Source: an uncultured Bacteriovoracaceae bacterium
Lineage (GTDB): Bacteria > Bdellovibrionota > Bacteriovoracia > Bacteriovoracales > Bacteriovoracaceae
Direction: 5' to 3'
Length of the DNA stretch: 64,000 nt
Assembly (NCBI GenBank): GCA_964012805.1
Contig: CAXGUD010000001.1
Span: 160,001 to 224,000, forward strand
Made by a program: the position numbers and the translations under genes. Positions within the stretch are counted from its first letter, which is position 1, and each line of letters starts with the position of its first letter. The notes beneath the pieces are model-generated. The model did no database searches and was not told where the DNA came from. It saw only the letters and a list, made by a program, of their open reading frames with translations. This document shows positions 29,158-38,111 of the stretch, one piece after another.

Positions 29158-29721
29158 TTACTTAAGTTTAATCAGAAAACTAAGCTTTACATCGTCATGG
29201 ATTACTTTATCGCCTAAGTTTTTAAAGAAGGAACTAGATCCGTACTTTATATTATAATGAGTCCTATCAAAGACGAGGTCACCTTTAAAATTTGGGCCGG
29301 CTTTTTTAGCAATAAATTCAACTGGCTTGCTTACCCCTTTTATAAGAAGGGAACCCTTCACCTTAAGATCTCCATTTGGAAGTGCTTTTGACCCCTTAAT
29401 ATTGAGGACCGCTGTTTTAAATTTCTTTACTGAGAAAAAATCATCAGATTTAAGATGGTCTATAAGCTTTGTCCGCCATTTACCTTCCTTCATGTCATCA
29501 GATGAGAGGGTGTCCATATCGACAATAAATTGACCCTTCTTAATCAGACCCTTTTCAAGTTCAACTGAAGCCGTCTTTATTTTTATGGGTCCTTCATGAG
29601 ACCCTGTCACCTTAGTGGCCTTCCACCTCAACCAACTTTTTTTCAAGTCAATATTTGATGCTTGAAGGTTTAAACACACGAAAAAAGAAACTAAAATTGG
29701 TAACGACCATTTTCCGATCAT
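29158..29721 (-). CDS. YceI family lipid/polyisoprenoid-binding protein
   Basis: W.ATKVTGSHEG, HLKSDDFF, GSLLIKG, FDRTHYNIKYGS. Confidence 0.9.
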   Translation of the reverse strand: MIGKWSLPILVSFFVCLNLQASNIDLKKSWLRWKATKVTGSHEGPIKIKTASVELEKGLIKKGQFIVDMDTLSSDDMKEGKWRTKLIDHLKSDDFFSVKKFKTAVLNIKGSKALPNGDLKVKGSLLIKGVSKPVEFIAKKAGPNFKGDLVFDRTHYNIKYGSSSFFKNLGDKVIHDDVKLSFLIKLK

Positions 29722-29769
29722 AAGTCCTCTCCTTTTATTTTGATTAAAAAATTAAGTTAAAAAAGCATA

Positions 29770-30858
29770 TTAAAAAAATAATCTAAGAGACAGAGAGTGA
29801 AAAGAGGATAACTTAACTCCATCAATTGAACTTTTCTTAGGCAATTTCAAAAGATAATCCAATTGCCCTATAAGACCGTTTACTTTTAAACCAACATTCC
29901 AATGCTCTGGGTCCATAGTAAGCTTTGTCGATATGCCAAGCTTTCCTTTCAGAGTGCTCGCTGCTAACTCACTTCCAAGATAATACGCTTCTCCCCAACT
30001 ATAATGACCAGCTCTTTGATGAGCTCCCGCTAGTGCCTTAATTGAGTACCCTTTATGCTTCCATTTATAAGACCCATGAAGCGCCATTAAAGATTTGTTT
30101 CCATAGGCAAAGTCATTGTTTTTAGGGGCGACTAATTCCATTAATTTTAAATTTTCCATAAAGTAATTTACATTCCAGCGCCGCCTTCTGTATCCGATAC
30201 CAAAATCTAAGGCCAAATCCCCATGAAGGTTTTGTCCAGCAGCATTAATATTGGGAGGATCAGATTGATAGCTAGCTGCATCCCTTTTTATATTAAGATC
30301 AGTTTTGAAGGTTGAGTGAAACTTTAAAAACCCAATATACCTTTTTCTGTAGCGGAAGTGTAATTTAGGTCCCAAACCTGTTTCTAAATGGTTATAAAAG
30401 TAAAAGACATTATTAACAAAACCAATGTTTACCTGGTAATTCGCGTTGTATTCGAAATTCGGGGAAAACTTGACCCTAAATAACTTAAACTTTGGAAGGG
30501 GGAATCCAAGGTCTGTATTTACTCCTCCACCTTGCTCAGTTCCATTGTTATCACTTAAAAATTTTAGTATCGCCACTCCTTGTGCAACTTCATCATCTTT
30601 TTCCTTTTCTAGTGTTGTCCCAAGCTCTCCAACACTTTTTGCTAAACTAAGAACAGAAGTATTAAGAACTCCCCCCGTTTCAAAGTAAAAATCCCTTGAT
30701 TTGGAATCTGAGAGCTTATTCATTTTTAGCCTGTCCTTAAAAAGAGACAGTCTTTTAACAGGGTCATATGATCTTGCGTTTTGAATAGAAAAAAGGGAGG
30801 TAAGTACAAAAAAGAGACTTACTAAAAACCTCGTGTTTTTATTAAAAGCTAGCTCCAT
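29770..30858 (-). CDS. Putative outer-membrane beta-barrel protein
   Basis: Signal peptide; amphipathic strands (LALDFGIGY, SLSLRLFF with terminal Phe). Confidence 0.55.
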   Translation of the reverse strand: MELAFNKNTRFLVSLFFVLTSLFSIQNARSYDPVKRLSLFKDRLKMNKLSDSKSRDFYFETGGVLNTSVLSLAKSVGELGTTLEKEKDDEVAQGVAILKFLSDNNGTEQGGGVNTDLGFPLPKFKLFRVKFSPNFEYNANYQVNIGFVNNVFYFYNHLETGLGPKLHFRYRKRYIGFLKFHSTFKTDLNIKRDAASYQSDPPNINAAGQNLHGDLALDFGIGYRRRRWNVNYFMENLKLMELVAPKNNDFAYGNKSLMALHGSYKWKHKGYSIKALAGAHQRAGHYSWGEAYYLGSELAASTLKGKLGISTKLTMDPEHWNVGLKVNGLIGQLDYLLKLPKKSSIDGVKLSSFHSLSLRLFF

Positions 30859-31020
30859 AAGCTTTCCTTAAAATCTTACTGATAATTAGCACCATCAGAG
30901 TTAATTATTCTTTAAAAGGATAAAAGTAAAAGCGGCTTCAGTCTAATGGAAAAAGCTTGTGAGGCAAATAAACCTCACTCAACCAAAGGCAAGAGTTTTA
31001 AAGGGAAATAAAGAAAAAAA

Positions 31021-31440
31021 TCACTCTCTCAGATAAGCTTTAACGACTCGTTGAACCGCTTGATCTCTAAAAATTCTTTTTACAGGGTGGTACTCTTTTT
31101 TAACAGCTTCTCTAATAAGTTTATCGTAATCATCTTCATCTAGTATTGGATACTCATTCATTTTCTCAATCAACTCTAATAGAGTTTGGGCCTTTTTTTC
31201 ATCGCTTTCATGGACCATTATTTTCTTCTTCCAGCCTGTATGGTCACTTTCCTTTACAACAATGACAATTTTACCATCCTCCCCACCTAAAGCATTAAGA
31301 ACAACATTAAAGTTACTAATTTCAGCAAAGCTTCCATGGTTAAAATCCAAAGAGGCACGCCTGCACTCTATCCCTTCATAGTAACCAGTATAATTTTCAC
31401 CATCATAGTTTTCAGGACGTTTCCACAATCTTAGCTTCAA
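31021..31440 (-). CDS. Hypothetical protein (possibly phage-related family)
   Basis: 139-aa ORF with good RBS; SNF…GW…YPILDEDDY pattern. Confidence 0.6.
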   Translation of the reverse strand: MKLRLWKRPENYDGENYTGYYEGIECRRASLDFNHGSFAEISNFNVVLNALGGEDGKIVIVVKESDHTGWKKKIMVHESDEKKAQTLLELIEKMNEYPILDEDDYDKLIREAVKKEYHPVKRIFRDQAVQRVVKAYLRE

Positions 31441-31709
31441 AACCTACCCCCTTCTAAACGGCCGGAAAAGAGTCAAAACAACATTAAACAAAAAAGCCCT
31501 TTAACAGACTTTATGTTGTGAAATTATACAACGCAACATTAGAACCACGCTCTTTTTTCACCCAAAATAAAAAAGAAAAATTTTTAAAAGCAAACCCTCC
31601 TTTTAATTACAAGAAATTACCCATAAAGGTAAAAATAGATCTATAAAAAATGTTTTAAAAAAATGGTTTAAAAGTAATCTTGCCAAGAATTCAAGGCAGT
31701 ATGGTAGAG

Positions 31710-32291
31710 TTAGAAGAAGAAAGAAGTTCCACTATCATCTATATCAGCCTTTTCAACAACCTTTGATAAAACTTCTGAATCATAAATTTCTATTAAAATC
31801 TGGTTTCTTATCACGCTTTCATCCATAAGGATTTCCCAAGCATCCTCAAAGACAAATTCACCTTCATCAGTTTTAGGATGCTGATTAAAAAATATTTGGT
31901 CTCTGGACCTTGTTAAAAAAGGAAGGCTAATAGAAGAGTTAAAACCCTTGTTTTCAAAACTACTTTTAATAGCCCCTGCAAAAAGGTTGCAGTACTCCTT
32001 CATAAAATCTTCAATCATATCCCTAGAAATTTCATCCTTCGACTTACAACCAAGACCCCTCATCGCGAACAGTCTGGCCTCCTCTAGAGTAAAGTGGGTT
32101 TTGAAGTTTAACTTAATTCCAATGCTTGTTAAAAACACGAGGGAAAGAGACTCTTGGTCACTAGAGTCCCCTTTTTCTTTGCACTCCCTTTGAATTAGAG
32201 TTTCGCAACCGATATGTCCCTGCAACCTCTGAAGACTCAGTTGCCTACAAAGCTTCATTAATGATTGGACGTTTTCCTTAAAGTCTTTCAA
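31710..32291 (-). CDS. CheX-like phosphatase
   Basis: DFMKEYCNLFAGAIK (ExxN motif) followed by ISLP. Confidence 0.7.
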   Translation of the reverse strand: MKDFKENVQSLMKLCRQLSLQRLQGHIGCETLIQRECKEKGDSSDQESLSLVFLTSIGIKLNFKTHFTLEEARLFAMRGLGCKSKDEISRDMIEDFMKEYCNLFAGAIKSSFENKGFNSSISLPFLTRSRDQIFFNQHPKTDEGEFVFEDAWEILMDESVIRNQILIEIYDSEVLSKVVEKADIDDSGTSFFF

Positions 32292-32525
32292 AATAACACC
32301 CGTTTAAATTGCTTAAGATTACCTTGAGAAAGTCTTAAAGGTTTCTTAAGCTTACTTTCATTATACACCCAAAACACTCCATAAGTTTCCTATCTTAAGG
32401 GTTTTGCAGTAAATGTCTGTTTTCTTATTTTTTTACATTTTCCTCTGATAAATATTATTTGTTAGAAAACTTACAAATTGCCTCTTTCAAGTGGCTTTTT
32501 TCCATTACGTCACCTAACCCCTTTC

Positions 32526-33551
32526 TTACTTACTCTTTACTTTGGCCTTTATTTTATCTGGGTCAGTTTCTTGTTGCCTGTCCTTACTATATCCGCAGGC
32601 CAGTTTTGGGTTTTTTATTAACCTCGAACAGTCCCTGTGACTAATTTTGCTCGTTGCTGAACGAGGAACAGGGAGGTTTGCACACCTAGTTAACACTTCT
32701 TTTCCAATTCTCAAGGCATCATCATCCTTTTTAATGTTCCACTTGCAAAGATAACTCGCACCGAGCTCTGTACTATACTCTGCTTCAGAAGGCTTGGTTT
32801 TCACAGTTTGCTTGTGGAACTTAATAGACTTGTCTAAATCCCCATCAACAGGAGAAAGTAACTTCATGAACCAACCGTGAGGGGCCATCCTGTACATAAC
32901 CCCCAAAGCGAAGGCCGAAACCCCAATTGAGGTATTCCCCGAGGCATACCGATAGTGCTGTTTTCCCTCGTTGGCCAAACGGTTCGCATTGTTAAAGGCC
33001 TTCTCAACTTTACCAGCATTAAAAAGAGTACTCCAGATCCCAGCATTAGTCATAACCCTCCCTAAAAGGGCACCTATGTGCATCTCACAATTGTATTCCT
33101 CAGGGGCCAAGGCCCTACATTTTAAAGCGTATTCATAACCTTTCTTAAAAAGTACTCCCTTTATTTTAGTGGCCTTCTCATCTTGCCTAAGACCCTCAAA
33201 CATAATGTTCTTAGCAAGGAGCCAGTAAATATTATGGTTTTTCGGATCTTTCTTTTCAGCTTCCTTTAAAAGTTTAAGGGCCAGCCTATAATTTTCATCA
33301 TCAATCGCCAATTCTGCCTTCCATAAATCTATGTAAATCCCTTTTTTCTCGATAGCGTTGATGAGACCTGTAGGAAGTTTATGGTCTCCTTCATAGGCCG
33401 CTGAATAAAGCGTCCTGTCATATTGTTTTGGGAAAGGAAGTCCATACTCTTTTGTAACAATTTCCTCTATATTTGAGGCATTATAATCAATACCCATTGC
33501 CAAGCCACTGAATCCAAAAAGAAGAACAGTAAGAAGTCTTACAAAATACAT
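32526..33551 (-). CDS. Secreted TPR-like helical protein (RMDN/TatT-like)
   Basis: Signal peptide; helical repeats YWLLAK…GYEYALKC…GALLGR…LGVMYRMAP. Confidence 0.6.
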   Translation of the reverse strand: MYFVRLLTVLLFGFSGLAMGIDYNASNIEEIVTKEYGLPFPKQYDRTLYSAAYEGDHKLPTGLINAIEKKGIYIDLWKAELAIDDENYRLALKLLKEAEKKDPKNHNIYWLLAKNIMFEGLRQDEKATKIKGVLFKKGYEYALKCRALAPEEYNCEMHIGALLGRVMTNAGIWSTLFNAGKVEKAFNNANRLANEGKQHYRYASGNTSIGVSAFALGVMYRMAPHGWFMKLLSPVDGDLDKSIKFHKQTVKTKPSEAEYSTELGASYLCKWNIKKDDDALRIGKEVLTRCANLPVPRSATSKISHRDCSRLIKNPKLACGYSKDRQQETDPDKIKAKVKSK

Positions 33552-33669
33552 AATCAACTCCCAGTTAAATTTTCTATCCCCCTATTTTAAACAAAACATT
33601 GGCCACTTAAAGTTTTTTTAGAAAAAATAGTACAATACAATAAACATTATTCAACAAGGTCTCTATAAA

Positions 33670-34041
33670 ATGGATAGAAAATCAATCTCAAACCTGATTC
33701 AGGATTTCGACAAGAAGTTTTCGGATGCTTTCCCTAAACAACCAAACTTTGAAATTAAATATAAACCCTCTAAACAAGAAGTTTTTATCACTGTATCCTT
33801 TAAGATCGATATCAAACAATCTCTGGAAGAGGTCATGGAAAGTTTGAGGAGATGGGATGGGGAATTTAAGAAGACGTTTAAACCCTACACGCTATCATTT
33901 GATATGCAAAACAAACAAATATGTCTCTCCTACAACTTTTTCCAATCATACCTTAAAATGGAAAAGGAAAATATGATTACTGATGAATATATTCAAATTG
34001 TAAAGGATGCTTTAACCAAAGTTAAAGATCAAGTTTACTAA
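33670..34041 (+). CDS. Hypothetical protein
   Basis: 123-aa ORF, probably co-transcribed with the downstream receiver. Confidence 0.6.
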   Translation: MDRKSISNLIQDFDKKFSDAFPKQPNFEIKYKPSKQEVFITVSFKIDIKQSLEEVMESLRRWDGEFKKTFKPYTLSFDMQNKQICLSYNFFQSYLKMEKENMITDEYIQIVKDALTKVKDQVY

Positions 34042-34061
34042 CTCTTTAAGGTAATAAGCAT

Positions 34062-34445
34062 ATGGCAAAAATACTCATCATTGATGACTCGGAAACGGTT
34101 AGAGATTCCTTAAAAGTTCAATTTGAAAGTAGTAATTATATTTTAAGTTTTGCAAATAATGGTCTTGAGGCCATAAAGATTCTAAAAACTGACAAGAACT
34201 TCGACCTTATTATTTGTGATTTATTTATGGATCATATGAATGGTATTGAATTTGTAAAGGCACAAAACTCTGACGATACTCTTAACCATATTCCTACAGT
34301 CATAATGACCAGCCGATTTAATCCTCAATTTCTTAAGGATATAAAGGAAGTTCAAGTTGTAAAAAGCTGGCTCGTAAAACCTTTTAAACCCGAGCAGCTT
34401 TCTTTGTTAATTCAAAATATTCTTGAAAATAAAGAAGCTTCCTAA
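34062..34445 (+). CDS. Single-domain response regulator
   Basis: ILIIDDS, CDLFMDHMNG, IMTS, WLVKPF. Confidence 0.9.
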   Translation: MAKILIIDDSETVRDSLKVQFESSNYILSFANNGLEAIKILKTDKNFDLIICDLFMDHMNGIEFVKAQNSDDTLNHIPTVIMTSRFNPQFLKDIKEVQVVKSWLVKPFKPEQLSLLIQNILENKEAS

Positions 34446-34446
34446 A

Positions 34447-35154
34447 TCAGGAATCTTTTTCATCTTTTTTGAGGGCCTTATAAAGGCAGTTTTGAACTTC
34501 TCTTGCAAGGGCCCTCTTTTCTCTTTGATCTATTTCTTTAAACCTCATTCCAACTTTTATAAGCTCGGGTGAATCTTCTAAAATCGTCGCATGTTGGATA
34601 ACAGCATTGGCAACCTTGTATATTTGCTCATTAAGTTCAAGAACGAGGCTTTTAATTTTAGTCTGAGGTTTGAAATACCTCCCTTTTTCGCTGGATAAGA
34701 TCATAGCGGCTCCATCAGGTGAAACATTATCCAGTTTAAAGTAATTAACGGACTCCCCTTCAGAAATTTTAATGGACATTCTACGAGCAAAGTCGTTAGG
34801 TATTCTCATATACTTTCTTTTCTCAAACCTAAAAATTTTAGGAACAAGAGCAAGTTGGTATAGACTTTCCTTAGGTGCTTTTAAATTCCCCACTGAAAAA
34901 AACTCGTGACCTTCTACTTCGAAGTTAATCAAAACTTGCTTCCCAGGCAGATTAGTTTCCTTCCCTTTTAACTTTAAAATAAGTGTATCAGAGTCTTGTT
35001 TGAAATCTTGAACCTCAAAAAACTCTCGTTTAGAGTTTTCTACATTTTCCCAAATTTGAAGCTCTCTTTTGTATTCTGCTAACGAAGTTAGCCTTTCAAG
35101 CTTCTCCTCGGCATCAAGAGATTTAAAAATTTTCTTCTTTTTTGCCTTTTGCAT
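34447..35154 (-). CDS. PilZ domain protein (YcgR-like c-di-GMP receptor)
   Basis: EKRKYMR (RxxxR), NVSPDG (D/NxSxxG), VGMRF; start reassigned to 35154. Confidence 0.75.
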   Translation of the reverse strand: MQKAKKKKIFKSLDAEEKLERLTSLAEYKRELQIWENVENSKREFFEVQDFKQDSDTLILKLKGKETNLPGKQVLINFEVEGHEFFSVGNLKAPKESLYQLALVPKIFRFEKRKYMRIPNDFARRMSIKISEGESVNYFKLDNVSPDGAAMILSSEKGRYFKPQTKIKSLVLELNEQIYKVANAVIQHATILEDSPELIKVGMRFKEIDQREKRALAREVQNCLYKALKKDEKDS

Positions 35155-35240
35155 GAAAGCCCCTTTTTTATAAAAGACTTTCATTATATTAATCCATTTC
35201 TCCTTCTCTCTCAAATATTTGAGCTAAAAAGAAGAAATCC

Positions 35241-37973
35241 TTAAAAAATAACTCTGACTGAGTCTAGTCTCATTTTAGATTCATTGAAAGACTTCTCTAG
35301 AGTATTTTTTAATTGCTTATGGGCCAAAATTTCTTCATCTCGAACCGATAAATTCCTCGCTTTCATATGCTCAAGCCGTGATATCTCACTATCACAAAAT
35401 ACATTCATCTCTTTTGTTTTTTCGGAGATATAATTCTTGACCATAGGCTTTGCTTTTTCTTCGGAAAGTGAAATTAAAGAAGGAATGTTTTTTCTTAAAA
35501 TAGGGATGGCTTTTTGAATTATATCCCCTCTAAGTTCATCAGTGTTTTCCTCTATAAAGCTGGAGGACCACTTTTCTGCCAAGTCCTGTCCTTTTAAATC
35601 AACAAGAGTTCTAAAAGAGGTTGGTGGAAAAAACCTCTCAGCATCTAATTTTTTTGGTGCCATACACTCCAGCCAAAAATGGCACTCTAAATAAATTGCC
35701 TCTTTTTTTCTCTTTTTCCTTATCCTCATTGAGACATTGCCAATTTCTCCTCCTAGAATGAGTTCTAGAATGCCAACAACCATGGCATGGTCCCAAGTTA
35801 AAAATGTTATCTCTTCACGCTCTAAGGCCCTTTCTCTTGAAAAAGTGACTCTCAATCCATCATTAGGTAACTCTGGAAAGTGAGGAACAAACATATTTGA
35901 ACCAGGTTTTATGAAATAATCATCTCCCCTATCATCAAGGTCTTCGAAATCAACGCCAAAGTTATGAAAGACTTCTTCCATAAAAGATTTCAGATCGTTA
36001 TTCCGTTGAAATTTAAGAATATCTAAAACAATATCCTTACCTTTTTTTTCATTAAATGAGTTTAGCTCTATCAGTTTATCTCTTCCCTCATCTATTTCCT
36101 TTTCCATTACTTCTTTTTTCTTTTTCACTCCTTCCAAAAATACCCCAAAGTCACCCTTTCCATTGGGATACTTATCAAGAAAAGAAAAAAGTTTCTCTTT
36201 AACTGAGTTAAAAAATGAATAAGTTAATTTAAGTGGTTTCTCAAAAGCACCAAGCCCTTGATGAAGCCAATTAAAAACACCTTCCTCATAAGTATTTTTT
36301 AGGTAAGGAACATGGATAAAAATATCTCCTTTTTGTCCAATCCGATCAAGACGGCCAATTCTCTGCTCCAGTAAGTCTGGAGATACAGGTAAATCATATA
36401 AAACCAAGTCTTGAGCAAATTGAAAATTTCTTCCTTCGCTGCCAATCTCAGTGCATAAAAGGATTTGGGCCCCTTCAGGGTCTGCAAAATAAGCTGCTTG
36501 TCTATCCCTAGATAAGAGTGTCAAATCACTATGAAAAACTGCCACCTTAATATTAAAAATTTCCGTTTTTAAAAACTCTTCTAAAAACAAAATTTTCTTT
36601 TTACTTTGGCAAATTAGAAGGACCTTTTCACCTTTCTTTTCATTTAAAAAATTAACAAGCCACTGATCTTTTTTGTCACTTAAGTCTCCCTCATTTCCAC
36701 TTTCCAGAGGAAAAACACAAAGGTTTCTTTTAGGAAACAGCTTTTTATCCCGGTCTATTCTAGAGCGCATATTCCTAATAAAAACTCTTCCTGTTCCATG
36801 TGAATCAATTAGTGTCCCTAGGCAGTCTTCTGATAAGGGCTTTGTAGGGTCAACGAGACTGGACTCGTCTTTAAAAAGCTCGTTCCACAACTCCAAATCA
36901 TTTTTACTGAAAGGCTCACTTCCTTCGTTTTTATCTATCAAAAGGGCGATATCTCTATACTTTTTTTCATCCATACAATAAGAGTCATAGTCGCAAAACC
37001 TTTGTGGGTCGAGGAGCTTAAGTCTTGAAAAATGAGAGTATTTACCCAATTGTTCGGGAGTTGCTGTCAAAAGAACAAGCGCTGGTATTTGGCCAGAAAG
37101 CTTCTCAATCATCTCATAGTCATGACTTTTTTCTTCTCTGGTTGTTTTTATCTGGTGAGCTTCATCAACAACCAAAAGGTCCCATTGAGTTGACTCAATC
37201 ATTTCAAAAGCTTTTTTCGAACCCTTTAAAAGTCCCATTGAAGTAATAACCAAATCTTGATTTTCAAATGGGTTCTCACCTCTTTCCAAAGGAGTTTCTT
37301 GGTTAACAATAGAAAAACTTAAATTAAACCGCCTAAGCAGCTCTACAAACCATTGATAAGTTAAAGAGTTTGGAACAATAATGAGGACTCTTTTTGCTCT
37401 TTCCCTTAAGAGAAGGTATTGAATAATTAAACAAGCTTCAATCGTTTTCCCGAGGCCAACTTCGTCCGATAGCAAAACCCTAGGGCACTCTCTCGCAGCA
37501 ATTTCATGGGCGACATAGATTTGATGCTCAATCAGAGACAACCTTGCACCCATAAGACCGCGGGCATGAAAAGAAAAAAGCTTACTTCTATAATCGAGGG
37601 CCATTTGCCTTAATTGATGAGACCTTGAAGAGTCCACAAGACCACTTATCAACCGTTCCCTCGGTCTATTTAAGCTTTTTTCAAAGCTTAGCTCTGTTTC
37701 CTTAATAACCTTATTTTGACCATGATAACTCGCAAGACCCTCTTCCCAACTAATATTTTCAACCGTTAAAGTCGTTCCTTCCTCCGATGAAATTTCTTCT
37801 CCTTCATGAAACAGAACCCTCTTTAAGGGAGCCGACTTCATACCATAAACCCTAAACTCTTGCTTTGCTGGAAAGCTTACTTTGAGGCTCTTATGCCCTA
37901 ACTCGAAAATTATACCTAAACCCAGCTCTGGCTCAGCTTCACTTAACCATCTCTGACCAACCTCAAAGTTCAT
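35241..37973 (-). CDS. rapA: RNA polymerase-associated SNF2 ATPase RapA
   Basis: GQRWLSEAEPELGLG, DEVGLGKTIEA, DEAH, LLTATPEQLG, EIGSEGRNFQFA, EQRIGRLDRIGQ. Confidence 0.95.
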   Translation of the reverse strand: MNFEVGQRWLSEAEPELGLGIIFELGHKSLKVSFPAKQEFRVYGMKSAPLKRVLFHEGEEISSEEGTTLTVENISWEEGLASYHGQNKVIKETELSFEKSLNRPRERLISGLVDSSRSHQLRQMALDYRSKLFSFHARGLMGARLSLIEHQIYVAHEIAARECPRVLLSDEVGLGKTIEACLIIQYLLLRERAKRVLIIVPNSLTYQWFVELLRRFNLSFSIVNQETPLERGENPFENQDLVITSMGLLKGSKKAFEMIESTQWDLLVVDEAHQIKTTREEKSHDYEMIEKLSGQIPALVLLTATPEQLGKYSHFSRLKLLDPQRFCDYDSYCMDEKKYRDIALLIDKNEGSEPFSKNDLELWNELFKDESSLVDPTKPLSEDCLGTLIDSHGTGRVFIRNMRSRIDRDKKLFPKRNLCVFPLESGNEGDLSDKKDQWLVNFLNEKKGEKVLLICQSKKKILFLEEFLKTEIFNIKVAVFHSDLTLLSRDRQAAYFADPEGAQILLCTEIGSEGRNFQFAQDLVLYDLPVSPDLLEQRIGRLDRIGQKGDIFIHVPYLKNTYEEGVFNWLHQGLGAFEKPLKLTYSFFNSVKEKLFSFLDKYPNGKGDFGVFLEGVKKKKEVMEKEIDEGRDKLIELNSFNEKKGKDIVLDILKFQRNNDLKSFMEEVFHNFGVDFEDLDDRGDDYFIKPGSNMFVPHFPELPNDGLRVTFSRERALEREEITFLTWDHAMVVGILELILGGEIGNVSMRIRKKRKKEAIYLECHFWLECMAPKKLDAERFFPPTSFRTLVDLKGQDLAEKWSSSFIEENTDELRGDIIQKAIPILRKNIPSLISLSEEKAKPMVKNYISEKTKEMNVFCDSEISRLEHMKARNLSVRDEEILAHKQLKNTLEKSFNESKMRLDSVRVIF

Positions 37974-38111
37974 AATCGTCCTTCTTTTATACCGCTGAAA
38001 CTTGAAAAGACTGTTTTGCCACAAAGAAAATAGAACAATAAGACTCAACGAGTCATCATCCCTAGAAAAAGCTATTTTTGGGAAATAATTTTATGACCTT
38101 TCATTGTCAAA

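Noticed and set aside
35241..37973. SNF2 helicase as a DISARM/Zorya-type defence component
   Set aside because: N- and C-terminal motifs match housekeeping RapA
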